Positions 10,002 through 23,555 are shown, counted from the whole stretch's first letter. The stretch: DNA of 59,687 nt, filler included, from Bonamia ostreae (GCA_040357525.1; 5 parts of 5 records of this genome joined end to end with filler, not necessarily neighbours in it), one strand, 5' to 3'. Notes: generated from the sequence alone by a model not told the origin. A program made the numbers and translations.

Positions 10002-12144
10002 TCAATTTTGTTTACTCTTTTTCCACTTGTGCGCCATCGAGAGCAATTTCAAATTAGCCGTCTGCGCATCTTTGGCGTCCGGGAAAATATAATCGACGTA
10101 ATCTTCGTGCCCCGCTTCGTTCCTCGCGGGGTCAATTAAAGCTTTTCGACGACGGACTTCTCTCGGTTGCTTTCTCTCCAATTCTTCAACCCGCTCTCTC
10201 TGTTTGTTCGTGTCCGCTCGAACCATTCCGTCCCCGAATTTTTGCAAATTTCCAAGCTCGTTTCTTTCGAAATCCAACCATTTTCTCAACAACTCGGCGC
10301 GAGGAATGTTCGAAACCGCTCCTTCGCTCTTAAACCACTCGTCCGCCCTTCCGAAAACCGATCTGGTTTTCGCCAGATCGCCCAATTTTCGGAACGTCTC
10401 CGCAAAATTTAACCAAACTTTTATGTTTTTCGTCTTCTTTAACAATCTTTCAAACAGTTCTGATATTCTTTTCTTCCCTTTTTCGACTCCATTTTTATTA
10501 AGCTCATTTTCGCCATTTTTAATTTTATTGTTTTTGTTAATAAGTTCGTTTTCGCCATTTTTAATTTTATTGTTTTTGTTAATAAGTTCGTTTTCGCCAT
10601 TTTNNNNNNNNNNNNNNNNNNNNNNNNNNNNNNNNNNNNNNNNNNNNNNNNNNNNNNNNNNNNNNNNNNNNNNNNNNNNNNNNNNNNNNNNNNNNNNNNN
10701 NNNTAGTTTTATTGTTTTCGCGCTCATTTTCGCCATTTTTAGTTTTATTGTTTTTGTTAAAAAGCTCATTATTGCTTTCATTATTGTTTTCGCAAATAAT
10801 GTTTTTTAACTCATTTTTCTCATTAATGTTATTAAGCTCGTTTTTAGTCAAATCGACTTCAAAATCGACATAATGCGCCCAAAGCCGTTCCGGCATATCG
10901 AGCGCGTCCTGGTTGACGCCGAGCTCATAAATAGCGCGCGCCCGGTCGATCTCGCCCAGAGCGCTCTCCATCGCCGCGTAGCTGTGCCACGCTTCACAGT
11001 TTTCGGGAGCGAACCGGAGCATCGCCTCGTACAACTTGCGACACCTTTTTATCGCGAACAGTTTTGTCTCGATCTCGATATAGCCCCGGAACAACTTCAA
11101 CTTCGGACAACGCCCTATCGCCTCTCCCAGCATTTTCCTCGTTCCCGCCAAAACCGCCTCCGACTTTCGCGCGCGCGAAAACCGGATTTCGAACTGAGCG
11201 GCCAAAAGCCACAATTTGGCGAAAGTGAACTTTTCGTGTGGAACGACTCGCAGCGCTTTTCTGTAGACGGCGCGGGCGCGTTCCAAGTCGTTTAGTTTCA
11301 GCTCGCAGAAAATGGCGTAGCGGATCCAGACGAAAATGTAGCGGCTCCAAAGCCGTTTTTCGTCCGCGGGCGGAACGGCCGCGACCGCTCGTTCGTAAAT
11401 TTCGATCGCTTCCAATTTTATCTTTTCGCGCGATTTTTCTTCTTCGTCTGAAAATTGCTCAGAAATTTTCTGTGATTTGTTTTTCGGACTTTTTTCTGAA
11501 ATTATATGTGATTTGTTTTTCGGACTTTGGTTGCTATACGGAGAATCGGCGTTGCTTTCGAAGAGTTTGATGAGGTCGAACCACGCGTCGTAGTCTTGCG
11601 GCCGTTCTTTCAACTTGTTTTCGATTTCGAAGCGTCTCTTCTGGAAAACCAAGTCGTCCACGTCTTTTCTAGAGCCGCGCTGCTTTTCGAACTTGTCAAA
11701 GTTCGCAAACAGCTCGGCTGCGGCGGCTTGCGACATTTGCAGTTTTTCGAGAGCGAAGCGGTAGATTTTGCGCGCTTTTTCAGTTTCTCCGGCGCGCGCT
11801 TCCAACGCCGCGAATTCGCTGAAGAAATGGACGTCGAAGGCTTTTTCGCCGAGCATTTCCAGAGCGGAAGCGAAAGCGGCGCGGGCGTGTTCGAGTTGTC
11901 CGAACTTGGATTCGAACTTGGCCCATTTCAGGAAAGAGTCGACGGACGGCCGCGCGGCGCAGAACTTGGTCCAAATCTTGCGGGCGCGGGCAGTGCGGTT
12001 TTTGAGGTTGCCGCCGCAACGCATTTCGAGTTTGATGTAGGACTCCCAGGCGGAGGGAGGTGGATTCCATTTCATCCACCTCTCGAAAATTTGGCGCGAT
12101 TTGTCGATGTTTTTCAGCTTTTCTTCCATTAAAGCGTATTTGTC
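10002..12144 (-). CDS. CRNKL1: Crooked neck / Clf1 HAT-repeat splicing factor, 5' truncated by scaffold end
   Basis: RQIFERWMKW, YERAVAAVPP..EKRLWSRYIFVWIRYA, FTFAKLWLLAAQFEIR, LDMPERLW and YIFPD...NLKLLSMAHKWK. Confidence 0.96.
10499..10770 (-). repeat. coding 42-bp (14 aa) Asn/Lys-rich repeat in Crooked neck, spans N gap
   Basis: NGENELINKNNKIK units on both sides of the gap. Confidence 0.8.
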
Positions 12145-12194
12145 TTTTTTAAAAGTGAAAATATTTTCAAATTTTTTAAAAGAGAAATTAATAA

Positions 12195-12294
12195 NNNNNN
12201 NNNNNNNNNNNNNNNNNNNNNNNNNNNNNNNNNNNNNNTTAATTAATTAANNNNNNNNNNNNNNNNNNNNNNNNNNNNNNNNNNNNNNNNNNNN
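12195..12294. other. artificial scaffold-joining spacer
   Basis: N44-TTAATTAATTAA-N44, with stops in all six frames. Confidence 0.97.
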
Positions 12295-12438
12295 AACGTT
12301 TGGTCGTCAATTCTATCGACGACAAAAAAATGTGAACACGAGAAAAGAAGCTCAATGCCAAATTTATCGCCTAAAATGATCGTTTACGTCAATTTCAAAC
12401 AATCGAATATTGTTTAAATTCGAAAGTTATATAGTAAA

Positions 12439-12994
12439 ATGTTAAATCCTTCCGACTCAAATCCTAGCAACTTTATGACAGACGAATCTTTTCAAAGATA
12501 CAAAGAACGGTTGATAAAGAACGAAAACCTCATCATCGGTTAATAAACTAATTTCCATAGATGAGAAAAATCCGGACAGCTTTATTTTAAAGAAAATCAC
12601 AATAATAGTCGAAGACGAAGAAAAGTTCAATTTTGAACCGAGCCAAAAAATCCATTTCATTTTAAAAGAAAAATCGGTTTACAGAATTAAAATCCATTAT
12701 AACGTCCAACGCCAGATTATTGACGCTCTCTGTATGGAAACCAAAATCTACCGCAAGGGAATCAAAGTTTTGACCAATGAGGATATGATCGGAAGTTATG
12801 CTCCTTCCGAAAAAACTTATGTCGTTTTATCGTAAATCTTAGTGGGAATCGGAAAAAGAAGAAACGCCTTCTGGACTGATCAACAGAGGCAAATACAAAT
12901 GCAAAGCGCGATTTAAGGACGAAAAAAAGAAAGTTCATTTCAGAATCGACTACACATTTGGTAACTTTTTATATTTCCAGAAATCAAGAAATAA
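12439..12994 (+). CDS. ARHGDIA: Rho GDP-dissociation inhibitor, 4 exons (absent from the ORF track)
   Basis: Spliced DESFQRYKERL, FILKEKSVYRIKI, IYRKGIKV..MIGSYAP, EETPSGLINRGKY; introns 12539-12560, 12824-12842, 12961-12980. Confidence 0.92.
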
Positions 12995-13027
12995 TAAAAA
13001 TGAGTTAAATGAGCTTATAATATTTTT

Positions 13028-14031
13028 TTATTGTATTTTTTTGACGGTCGGTCGGTTGATTTTTTCTTCGCCGGAAGTTGATTTTTTGCGTTTTAGAGGT
13101 TTGTTTTCTTTGTCGTTTTTGCGGATACTGTCGATTTTGGATAAAATCCTTTTTTTCGTTTTAGCGCTTTCGTCGCTTTGCGGGCTTATCTGAATTATAT
13201 TTTCCGCCTTTCTGAGACTATCGATAGCGAGTTCTGGTTTCTTGAACAATGTATAAGCTTCCGCCATTTTTTCACAGCTTTAACGTTTTTTTAGTTCGAA
13301 ATTGCAAAACAAAACGTCGACATTGAGCAAAAATTATAAAAATGTCATTAATTACAAAAAATTACAAAAACTTAACATGTTTACATAAATTACAAACTGC
13401 TGTAAAAAATCCGAAAGCTCGAAATGTCTAAAAACAGTTTTATCACTTCAAAGGATTTAGTTTTACCACAATCTTTTGACAAATCGATAGCAATGTTCAT
13501 TTCCTTTCCGAACAAGTCAATATCGTCAGTTTCTAAATAAGCGTCGGCGAGAAGAGAATGAAGTTTTATTCTCTCTTCAATTTTATCAGAACTTTTGTCG
13601 AGAACGATTTTGGATTCCTCTAAGCTTAACAAACAAGTTTCGATTTCATCTTCGGCGTCTTTAAATTTTTCGAGCATCGTCTTTTTTTGCTCATCCGATC
13701 TTTTGGTTTTGAAGTGATTGAAAACGGATATCGAGACCGAAAAATGATTGAAGAAAAAATAACTTTGAAGATTCAGAATTGAGAATATCGAGACCGAATA
13801 TTTTGCTTTTTCGGCGGTACATTTCTAAAGTAGCTTCGCCGTATTGTAGCAACAAGATGGCTCTTTCGTTATTACTTTCTTTTCTAAAATTTTAAAAATT
13901 CACATCGATTCAATTCTATCGGAAAAATTGGCTATAATCTGTTCTAATTTAGCCATTTCCGTTTTCGAATACAAATCACTTAAATCATCAGATTTTCTGT
14001 CGCTTTTTTCCGATAACATTTCAGATGCCAT
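13028..14031 (-). CDS. NASP/Sim3/Hif1-like TPR histone chaperone (putative), multi-exon
   Basis: YGEATLEMYRRKSKIFG, IETCLLSLEESKIVL and LADAYLETDD resemble SHNi-TPR motifs; C-terminal basic NLS. Confidence 0.5.
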
Positions 14032-14142
14032 TTTTAGATTAAATTACAAAAGTATATAGTAAACAACTAAAATATTGCTTTAAGTTTGTTTTGTTAAATA
14101 ATTTTGTACAAATATACAAAAAGACTAAAAACAAATTTAGCA

Positions 14143-16777
14143 ATGGAGGACAAAGACCAACCATTCCAATATTTGGTTAATTTTGATAAAAATTAGAGAA
14201 ACAGAAAAGCGCAAAGCAATCCAACGGCGATGATTTTCAATTTGAACGAAGGCGCCAAAAGAGATTTCTCAATGGGAGTAAGTGATGTTTTCAAAGACAG
14301 AAAACCATTTTTCTCTCGAAAACGATTATTTTCTTCAATTTTCATTTTTTTGGTCACAGTCGTTCTCCTGTGTCTTCTTTTGAACTCTTTTAAAACAACG
14401 AGTTATAAACAAAGTGGCTCCAAAGTGAACTCAAATAACTCCAAGTCACAAATTTTAAATCACAAAACGACCAAAAACTTTAATCAAAACCGCGAAAGGG
14501 ATCTTAAAAACATTAAGAATTTTGCCGAAAAACCGTTTAGAAAAGAGAATATTGTTCCCAAAAAACTATTCTCCGAAAATAAGATGAACATTTTTACAGA
14601 CCAATTAAGTTCTTTATTGCAAAACGGGATTGAGTTTAACAACAACATATCCAAATTTGACTTTAATTTTGATGACATTCCATCAATCGCAAAAGAGTCC
14701 TTTTTTACGATATCTAGATTTTGCCAATTTTAATTTTTTTTTGGGAATTCAAATTTATCTAAATTTAAAAATAGCGCAAAAAGCATGAAAGAAATATCAA
14801 ATAAACTTTATGCTATGTCAGAAACGGTTTTAAGACAAAGCAATGATATTGAAGCCCAAGGCGCATCAATAAAATCTTCAAAGCAAACATTAAACGATTT
14901 GCAAACAAAAATCGAAAATGACAAAAAAGTAATAAAAAAGGACATTGAAACGATTTTGCGTTTCAAAGAAGAACGCAATATTTTGATGGAACTAATTTCT
15001 GACGTTTTTATGAATTTTTGATTTATGTAATTTTTATTTTTTGCCGTCTAAAAGCGTTCAAATAATTTTCAATATTTTTTTCGTTTAAAAATGTTGAAAA
15101 ATATTCAAAATTTAATTTATATCATTAACAAAAAATGATCAAGATAAGAATCCAAATAGAAAATTCAAATAAAAACATTCACAAAAACAACGAAATAAAA
15201 GAAACTTTAAATTTGGAAATGCAAATAATCAAAAGAAATTTAGAAAAAAGAGAATACGACTCAAATTTGCAAGAAAAAACTTTGTCAAAACTTAGAAACC
15301 AAATTTTGGTTGTAGCTAATGAAATTGGAAAAGCCAAACAACGAAATTTTGACAATGCGGAAAGAAGAAAATTTTTGAAACAGAAAAAAATTGAAATTGA
15401 ACCGATCTTGAACAAAATTGAAATGTCAATAAAAGAAATTCAACAAAAACTATATAAAATTGATTTTCGAGTCTTTTGGCTATTTTGATTTGAACATTTT
15501 AACCTATTCTCAAAATTTCTAAAAAACATCAAAAATTTTAATTTTGAAAAATTTCAGAAAAACAAGATCTCAAAAGCGCTGAAAAGACTAGAAAGCATCG
15601 AAGAATTATTAGAGAGTCTTCAAAATGAGTTCAACAAATACGCTGAAGAAACCAAAAACAAAAACAATACAAATCGTGAAAAAAAAACAAAATACCCAAA
15701 AAAGAAAAGAAGACGTTTCCAGAAAAATAAAAGATCTCCGAGAAATCTCTATTCGAACTTTAAACGACGTTCTTCCGAACAAAATAGATCAATTTGACGA
15801 TTACAAGTTTTTGGATTAATTTTAATCACAAAAATTTACCGATTCAAAATTTAGACTAAAAAATCATCGAAAAAATTTTACTTAAAGAATCGCCTTGAAA
15901 AACGAACTTGATAAATTGAACGCAGAAAAAACAACTTTAAGGAATTTACTTAAGACAGAAAAAGAAGAACAGATTAATATGATGTCCAAATATAAAAATA
16001 TAGAAAAGGAATGTTTGGCTCTTTCAGGCAAAAAATTTAACGAAATTCAAATTTAAAAAATTTAAATTGTAAAATTTAGAAGAAAAATCGATGAAAAGAA
16101 AAGAAAACGAAATTGAAAACAAAAAAGGCGAAATCGAAATTTCGGAAAGACTGAAAATGGAAAACGAAGAGCAAACTGAAAATTTGAAGAAAAAACTAAT
16201 TTTGCAAAAGCAAATCGTTGATGATCAAGAAACAAAACTTTCTGAACAAATTAATGTTTTAAAATTTGGATAAAACAAATGTAATTTCGGTTTTAGAAGG
16301 CAATTTAAATAAAAATGTCATTTCGATTTCTTTCCAAAAAATCAATTTGAAAACAAAAATGTCATTTCGATTTCTTTCCAAAAAATCAATTTGAAAACAA
16401 AAATGTCATTTCGATTTGTTTCCAAAAAATCAATTTGAAAACAAAAATGTCATTTCGATTTGTTTCCAAAAATCAAAATTAATTTAAAGAACAAAGAAAA
16501 TTTGGAAAAAAAATTAAAAGCGAAAGACAAAGAATTGTCAAGAATAGAAAAAGAAGTCGCAAGTTTTATCGTTAATAAACGTCATTCGATAAACGAAAAA
16601 AAGTCTAAAATAGACAATTTCGCCAAAATTGCAAAATCGATTCAATCGAAAACAAAATTAGTTTTCGACATGAACGACAATTTAAAAGAGCAATTGCGAA
16701 CCATTCAAAAATTAAAAAAACACTTGGAAAAAACGGTGTGCTATTCAAATTCCGTTACAAACAATCGATTGGAATGA
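14143..16777 (+). CDS. type II membrane long coiled-coil protein, multi-exon
   Basis: N-terminal TM (IFIFLVTVVLLCLLL) followed by successive heptad-rich E/K exons. Confidence 0.6.
16305..16475. repeat. intronic tandem repeat, 44 bp unit, about 4 copies
   Basis: ATTTGAAAACAAAAATGTCATTTCGATTTCTTTCCAAAAAATCA repeated. Confidence 0.9.
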
Positions 16778-16974
16778 TTTTTAAAAATAAACAACGATGT
16801 TTTAAAGCCTTTTCGGGTTTTATGTATTTTTAAGTTGTACCTATATTTTACATTTTTCAATCTGCGTTATCGTCGGTTTTCACCAATTAATAAAACTTGC
16901 AAAAAATTCAAAATGAAACTTTAACGGATTAAAACGACTAATCTTCGAAAACATCAAATTTTAATTTGGAATTT

Positions 16975-17084
16975 GGGGGATCACGACCCGACCTGACCGT
17001 CCATCGTCTAGCGCAGACATTCATGGTCGGTCCCAACTTTAAGGGGCAACCTCAGTCACATAAGGAGTTCGGATAAACCTACGT
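16975..17084 (-). repeat. GC-rich dispersed repeat; putative 5'-truncated SINE copy or structured RNA
   Basis: Reverse complement of 16994-17084 aligns with 31261-31347; can fold into a long hairpin. Confidence 0.65.
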
Positions 17085-17435
17085 TAAATAATTTTGAGTT
17101 GGAAAGAGCATTTAAATACATCAAAATAATTTTATAAAGTTCAAAATGTTGCTTCGCATTTTCAATAACTAAACTTAAACGTCAAAATGTTAAAATGAAG
17201 AAGAGTAATGGATAAATATTTTTTCACAGTAATGGTCAGAACGGTTGATGCAGAAANNNNNNNNNNNNNNNNNNNNNNNNNNNNNNNNNNNNNNNNNNNN
17301 NNNNNNNNNNNNNNNNNNNNNNNNNNNNNNNNNNNNNNNNNNNNNNNNNNNNNNNNAACAAAATGTTTTCTAAAATAAACAAATTTTATTTATTTTTAAA
17401 AAATTCAAATAAACTAATATCAGACAGCTTTCAAA

Positions 17436-18679
17436 ATGCCAAAAACATTAATGGATATTCAAGATTTACTCCCAGATGTTATTAGAGCAATGAATGATCT
17501 ACAAACTGAATTTACTTACGAAAACATGGTCAATCTGTTAAATAAATTGGAAAAAATTCCAGATATACATTTATTACATCAGAGGGACATTCTTGCAACA
17601 CTAAGATGTTTTACAGATTTATTGGCGGGCGATATTACTGTTGAAAAACTCGAGAAAACTTTATATATTTCCGACGAAGATTTGAAGCGCGCGCTCGACA
17701 GACTTATTTCCTGCATAAATGTTGGTACAAGCGAAGCCATACTGGTAAAGGTTATTTTCGTTTAGACTTTCTAGTCATAAAATTTACAAATCTATTCTCA
17801 ATCCAAATTTGCAAAAAGGCTTTAAAGAGCGCAATTTATCTGCTAAAATATTCGATACTTTCATTGTTACAATCAGATAAGATTATTATCAAGATTAAAT
17901 TCGGTATAATACCGGGATGTCCTAAAACTATAGTAAAATGTAAACTTCGAGAACTAAAAAAATACGCGCAAAAATTACCAGGAACATGCACTTTTGAACT
18001 CATCCTTCTGCTTCTAAAACAAGTAGATTCACCTCCTGTTTGTAAAACAGCCAAAGAAGAATTAGTCACTGTTGTTGAGTCCCTTAGAGATGTATATCCA
18101 TTTGATAAAGATGATGGATTTACTAAGAAAAAGTTGGAGTATGCAAAAAATCATGTATCCGATTCTTCTATCCAAGATTCCTTGAAGGACTTATTAGATA
18201 AAAAGTTCCCCGCATCGGCCGGAATAGCTGTAACATCGAGTATATGGCATTTTTTGGAAAAAAGTATCTGCCAATTATTTGATTCAAGCCCTGTGTACTT
18301 AAAGCGAGGGATCGTAGATAATTTAATCGATGTGGTCGTTGTTGATACCACTGCATTTCTCGACAAAGTTGTCAGAATGACAAAGGAGTTATCTAATTTT
18401 GGTTACGAGCTATCAAGTATTGTAGAGCGGTTTCAACTTCTTGTTTCTGCAAATAACAATAATAATCTAAATTTTATTTTAGATGTGTTGGCTTTAGATT
18501 ATCATAAAAGACAAATGAAAGAAAAAAAATCCACAAAAATTGATTATTATAAAGATACTAGATATTTTAAAAGGGTTCATTCCGAATTGGATGGAAAAGC
18601 TTTCGAACCACTTATAACAACTGCGATTATTATTGTTGAAAAAATTCGTATAAGGGGCGCGTTTATAATGTTCTTCTGA
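17436..18679 (+). CDS. hypothetical protein (two ORFs, probably joined by an intron)
   Basis: 109-aa and 271-aa helical ORFs on the same strand; no family recognised. Confidence 0.5.
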
Positions 18680-19135
18680 ACAATTAAATGACTTATTGAA
18701 ATGAATTTGTACTTTAAAATCTCCTTTTTATCAGAGACAAAACATATTTCACTGATAACGTTTCAATTCAAGGCGTCGGATTCTGGAATTTAAATTTGTC
18801 GTCATTTAATAATAAACGTCAGTCAATGAAATTTTTATGGAATACATTTTTCCTAGTTTTCTTAAATTTATGTACTCATTCACAATTTTATGTTCAGAAT
18901 TTATAGTTGATCTACTCTTAAAACACATTCTCCGATAACGCACAAAAATATGTTAACAATAAAAACGCATTCAAAACTCGCTTTTATCAAAAACTATCAT
19001 TTTTATTCGATATTATAAATATATTTACAACGATATAAACCAATAAATAAAATTCGACATTATACCAAAAACGCTAAACTAGTTACATATTCCAACATTA
19101 TCAAAATTTAATATAATCTGCTTGAGGCAACTATA

Positions 19136-22100
19136 TACAAAGACTATAAAAACAATGGACAAAAAGCTTCACACAAAACTTATCGGTCCTCAACAATTCC
19201 TGAGAAACAGAAAAAATCCCGATGACTGGCAAACTGAAGGTACCATCAAAAACGACAATCAACCATTTTCGGAGATTGATCAGATTTCCAAATTACATGA
19301 TGAAACAGATCGAAACGATCTCAACGTAAACATTTCAGATACCAGAAAAGAAACAGAAATGAAAGCAACTGAAATGAAAGTAACAGAAACAAAGTCCCCA
19401 GAAGACAACTCGATCCCAACTTATCCCAATCTCAAAAAAGACGAAAAAATCGAAACGATTTTAAGAAATGTCGCGATTAACCATCCGAAATTAAACACAT
19501 CGTGGACAAAATTAGTTACCGAAAAAACGGAGAAAGTTGATAAAGAAGAAGTTCCGAGAAAGAAAATACAATTTCGAAACGGATTTTTGGTCTCAATCGG
19601 TTTAATAATCGATTTGGCGATTTGCGCTTTCGTTTCGACAATGGTCGCTCTCGTCTTGTTCAGATTGATTTATCAAATGTTTCAACTTTTGGATTGCTCC
19701 TTTACTCAAATCCCCAATTACGCTAGCGGCAAAGTCGACTGGTCATTATTTTTTAGAATTGCCAAAATTCGTTTTTTGTGAAAGTTCACAGAAAAACGTT
19801 AATGGCGAAAAATTTTTTTCCGGAAATTTTGCAAAACTAATTTTTTTTAAATTCAGCAACGATTCATGGTCGGATAAAGGGATTAAAGTGATGAATCTGA
19901 TAATGACAGCGATGGTTGGTTTGTTAACAGCTGTGGACATAATTCCGCACGGAAAGAAGATAATTGGAATGAACGGAAAAGGAGATCGGATCTCTTTGTT
20001 AGCGATTATTTTGCACAAATTTGATTCGCACGAAAACTTATGGATCACTAATTTTAGAATTTTCTGTAGCGCTGCTTTTTTGGTTTTCAAATTTCAAAAC
20101 AGTTTGCAATTTTGGCAAATTTTAAAACGACAAATTTTTAAAAATATTTGCAATTTTGACAAATTTTAAAACGACAAATTTTTAAAAATATTTGCAATTT
20201 TGACAAATCTAAAACGACAAAATTTCAAAACAGTTTGCACTTTTGACGAATTTAAATAAATTTCCAACAAAAATTTGAAAAACATCTTGAACTGTTTTAA
20301 AAATTTGAAGGGAATAGCGAGACATTTGCCGGAATACAACGATTATGTATATTTTACATCGCTTTTGATGTTGTTATATTTTACGATCGGATCTTCTCTA
20401 AAAATGGCATTTGACAGTTTACTCAATTAAAGTTTAGTTTGCGATATTTCGAAGCCGACAATTCCAAGATTCGAAGTTAAAGAACAGAAAGAATCCAGAT
20501 CGCCTTTCGGTTCTTATAAAACAAATTTGATTTTTCTTTATAAATCAATTACAAATTTAAAAAAATCGATTGTAAAATTTTAAACAAAAGAACACGGAGA
20601 AGTTGATCAGAAAAAAGATTTTTTGCCAAATTTAATACAAACGTTGTATATTCTGATTTCATCCGTGCTTTATATCATTTTCGCAGCATTGTCGCCACCA
20701 AAAAATGTTTTAAAAATTTAAAATTATTAAAAATATCGAAAATCGATCGTTAAAAAAATAATCAATTAAATATCGAAAATCGATCATTAAAAAAGATAAC
20801 AGAAACAAATGTCTCGTTTGTANNNNNNNNNNNNNNNNNNNNNNNNNNNNNNNNNNNNNNNNNNNNNNNNNNNNNNNNNNNNNNNNNNNNNNNNNNNNNN
20901 NNNNNNNNNNNNNNNNNNNNNNAAATATCGAAAATCGATCATTAAAAAAGATAACAGAAACAAATGTCTCGTTTGTAGTGATTTTCTTCATTTTATGCTA
21001 CACTCTCGCAAACACAGTCGCCATTAAAAAGAAGAGCAAATTTTTGATCAACAAAGACATTTCGATTTTTCTCTCTTTCTTTGCAACTGTCTTTCTGGTC
21101 AAACTATCTATCCTCGCCCCTTCAATCGTTTTTAGATATTTTCATTTACTTGTTCCAATCTTTTGTATCGTCTTTTTATTGTTGCCAATTTGCTCATCTT
21201 TTTACGAAAAGGTCGGATTCGCAATGGCGATAATTCACATTTTGGCATTTTTGTTTACACTAATTTTGCGTTTATCGGAACTGGATTGGAAAGCCATTTT
21301 AATGGAAAAAAACCAAACGGTTGTAAAAGACGAAAAGCAAATTTTGAAGATCAATTATTTGCTCACTTTCGGATTCAGTTTGCTCATAATAACAGCGTTT
21401 ACAAATCTTATTGTGGTTCAGAACATTTTTACGAATGAGTCTATTCAACATTTTGTCTATTTTTGCAGAGAAAATTTGACACGTTTTTAAAATATTTTCA
21501 ACGATTAAATTTTAACTAAAATAGAGAGGGACAAACAATTATATTACAATTTGAACATAACCGGAAATGAGGCAATGTTGAATATGTTGCTTTACGGTTT
21601 TGCATTTCCGGGGATTTTAATGGTCGTCCTTTCTTTCTACTATATCATCGCCGTTTTTATTTGGATTAACTTTTTATAAATTCAAAATGACAAATTTATC
21701 AAAATTTTTTATTTTCAAAATGCCAAATTTTCGACTAAATTTTGTTTCGATTTTTAAAAACGAAAAAATTTCAAAAATTTTATAAAAAATTGGAAATTAT
21801 AAAAAAAATTAGGAAAGAAGAAACAGTTTCGATCATAAACAATTGAATCATTACCCAGCCATCTTTCTTTTGTTTGTAATTCTCTTCGTCATTTGCTCAA
21901 AAATACTGAGGAATCTTTTGGTCAATGATTTCAGTTGGAATGGAGTGGCTGAAAGCAAAATAGCGCTCACCACTTTGGACAATCTTCAAAAAGACTTTGA
22001 TCTTTTGTTTTTGTGCTGCATCAATATTTTCGCTATTGTTCTTGAAGGACAATTTGACGATGTCTCAGATTCCAAAGATGAGCACATTCCACAATCAAAA

Positions 22101-23036
22101 GAAGGTTTTTCAGTCAAAATTTTTCGTTTTTTGTTGCAAAAATTTTCTTCTTTTTCATTTTTTTAAAATCATCATCTTCAAAGTATCTTTAAATACCACA
22201 AATTCCTGTTGCGATTGTAAACAATTTGCTAAACGTGCTTTGTCGACGGGAATAGCGCTTTTGGCGCTCAGTTTCGTCTTTTTCAAAGTTTACCTAAACG
22301 AAGATTCTGGTCCTTTTATGGTTCTAATGCCAAACGATTTTAAGAGCGAAGTCGTTTTTATTTTTACGAAAATTTCGTTTTTAAATAAATCTCATCGAAA
22401 AAATTTTTAGCCAAATTTCGATTCTTTGGATGCCGATTTGTGTAACAACGACGCCGCTTTAAAGATAAAAGAACTTGTAACAAGTTTTATAATTTGGAAC
22501 TGAAAAAATTATTTGCAATTCCGACTAAAATTTATCAATTTGCTAAATTTGAAGACGTCAAGACAGATTTAACGACGATCAAAAATTACAACAGCAAAAT
22601 CAAGCCCATCCCATTGCTCTCTTCGTTTGGAAACAAACTCCTCTTTGTCCTTCCTTCTCTCCTCTGTTCTATAGCTATATCCGCCTTCAATCTCCTCTCC
22701 ATCTTCTTCCAATTTGCAAGAGATGACTCTCCCACCGTTATCGTGTACGTCTTCGCAGCGAGTCTGACTGCCCTCTTCTTCGGGCCCTTTTTATTCATCG
22801 CCGTCAGATATTTCTCCTTCGCGTTGATTTTCCCCTTCTACGAGTTAGTGATGTCGGAAGCCTTTTTGCGAGCGATGCAGTTCCACGGTTTGGCGTTTTT
22901 CGCGCCGTTGTTGGCGATGTTGGAAGCAAATCTAGAGCCCTTCGCAACGTACACTCCGAGAGCAGCAAGTGTTGTTTCCGACAAAGAGTTGAAAGCTGCG
23001 AAAGATGAAGCAAAAGATATTGTGGTGTTTTATTAA
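19136..23036 (+). CDS. large multi-pass membrane protein of unknown family, many exons (may be more than one gene)
   Basis: Series of hydrophobic exons separated by AT-rich GT-AG introns; spans an N gap. Confidence 0.5.
20090..20250. repeat. intronic tandem repeat, 43-44 bp unit
   Basis: AAAACGACAAATTTTTAAAAATATTTGCAATTTTGACAAATTT units; ACGAC at 20127, 20171 and 20214. Confidence 0.85.
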
Positions 23037-23125
23037 AGAAATTGACTTATTTTTATTTGGAAATTTTGTAAAAGGATTCAATTTTATTAAAATTTGGACA
23101 TAACAATTTGCCAAGCAAACTTGGA

Positions 23126-23555
23126 ATGGGGATTTTAAAAATAAATTATCTTTTTGACGACAAAGTTTATATTTGCGCAAAATGTGGAATCCACATTACT
23201 TCGAAAAAATATCTTTTTTCGACGAAAGTTTTTTTTTATTTTTGACAAATTTTTAAAGACAAATTTTTGTATTTTTGGCAAATTTAAAGACAAATTTTTA
23301 AAGACTTTTAAGTTCAAGGGAAGATTTGGCCCAGCGTTTTTATTCAATCGCGTTTTCAATGTCGATTTGGGTCCAGAAGAAAAAAGAACTTTTTTGAGTG
23401 GCGATCATATCGTCAAAGACGTTTTCTGTCTCAATTGTGGATTGATCGTCGGATGGTTCTACACAAAAGCGTTCGAAAATAGTCAATTTTACAAATTGGG
23501 AAAATGTTGCATTGAAAGAAATTTGGTTGTTAAGAAACGTAAAAATTATTTTTGA
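23126..23555 (+). CDS. YPEL: Yippee-like zinc-binding protein, 2 exons
   Basis: YICAKCGIH..STK|FKGRFGPAFLF, GDHIVKDVFCLNC..VGWFY..AFENSQFYKLGK. Confidence 0.92.

Noticed and set aside
17000-17026. ATGA...GA hairpin as a SECIS element
   Set aside because: The upper helix is only about 4 bp, there is no apical AA, and no selenoprotein gene lies upstream on that strand.
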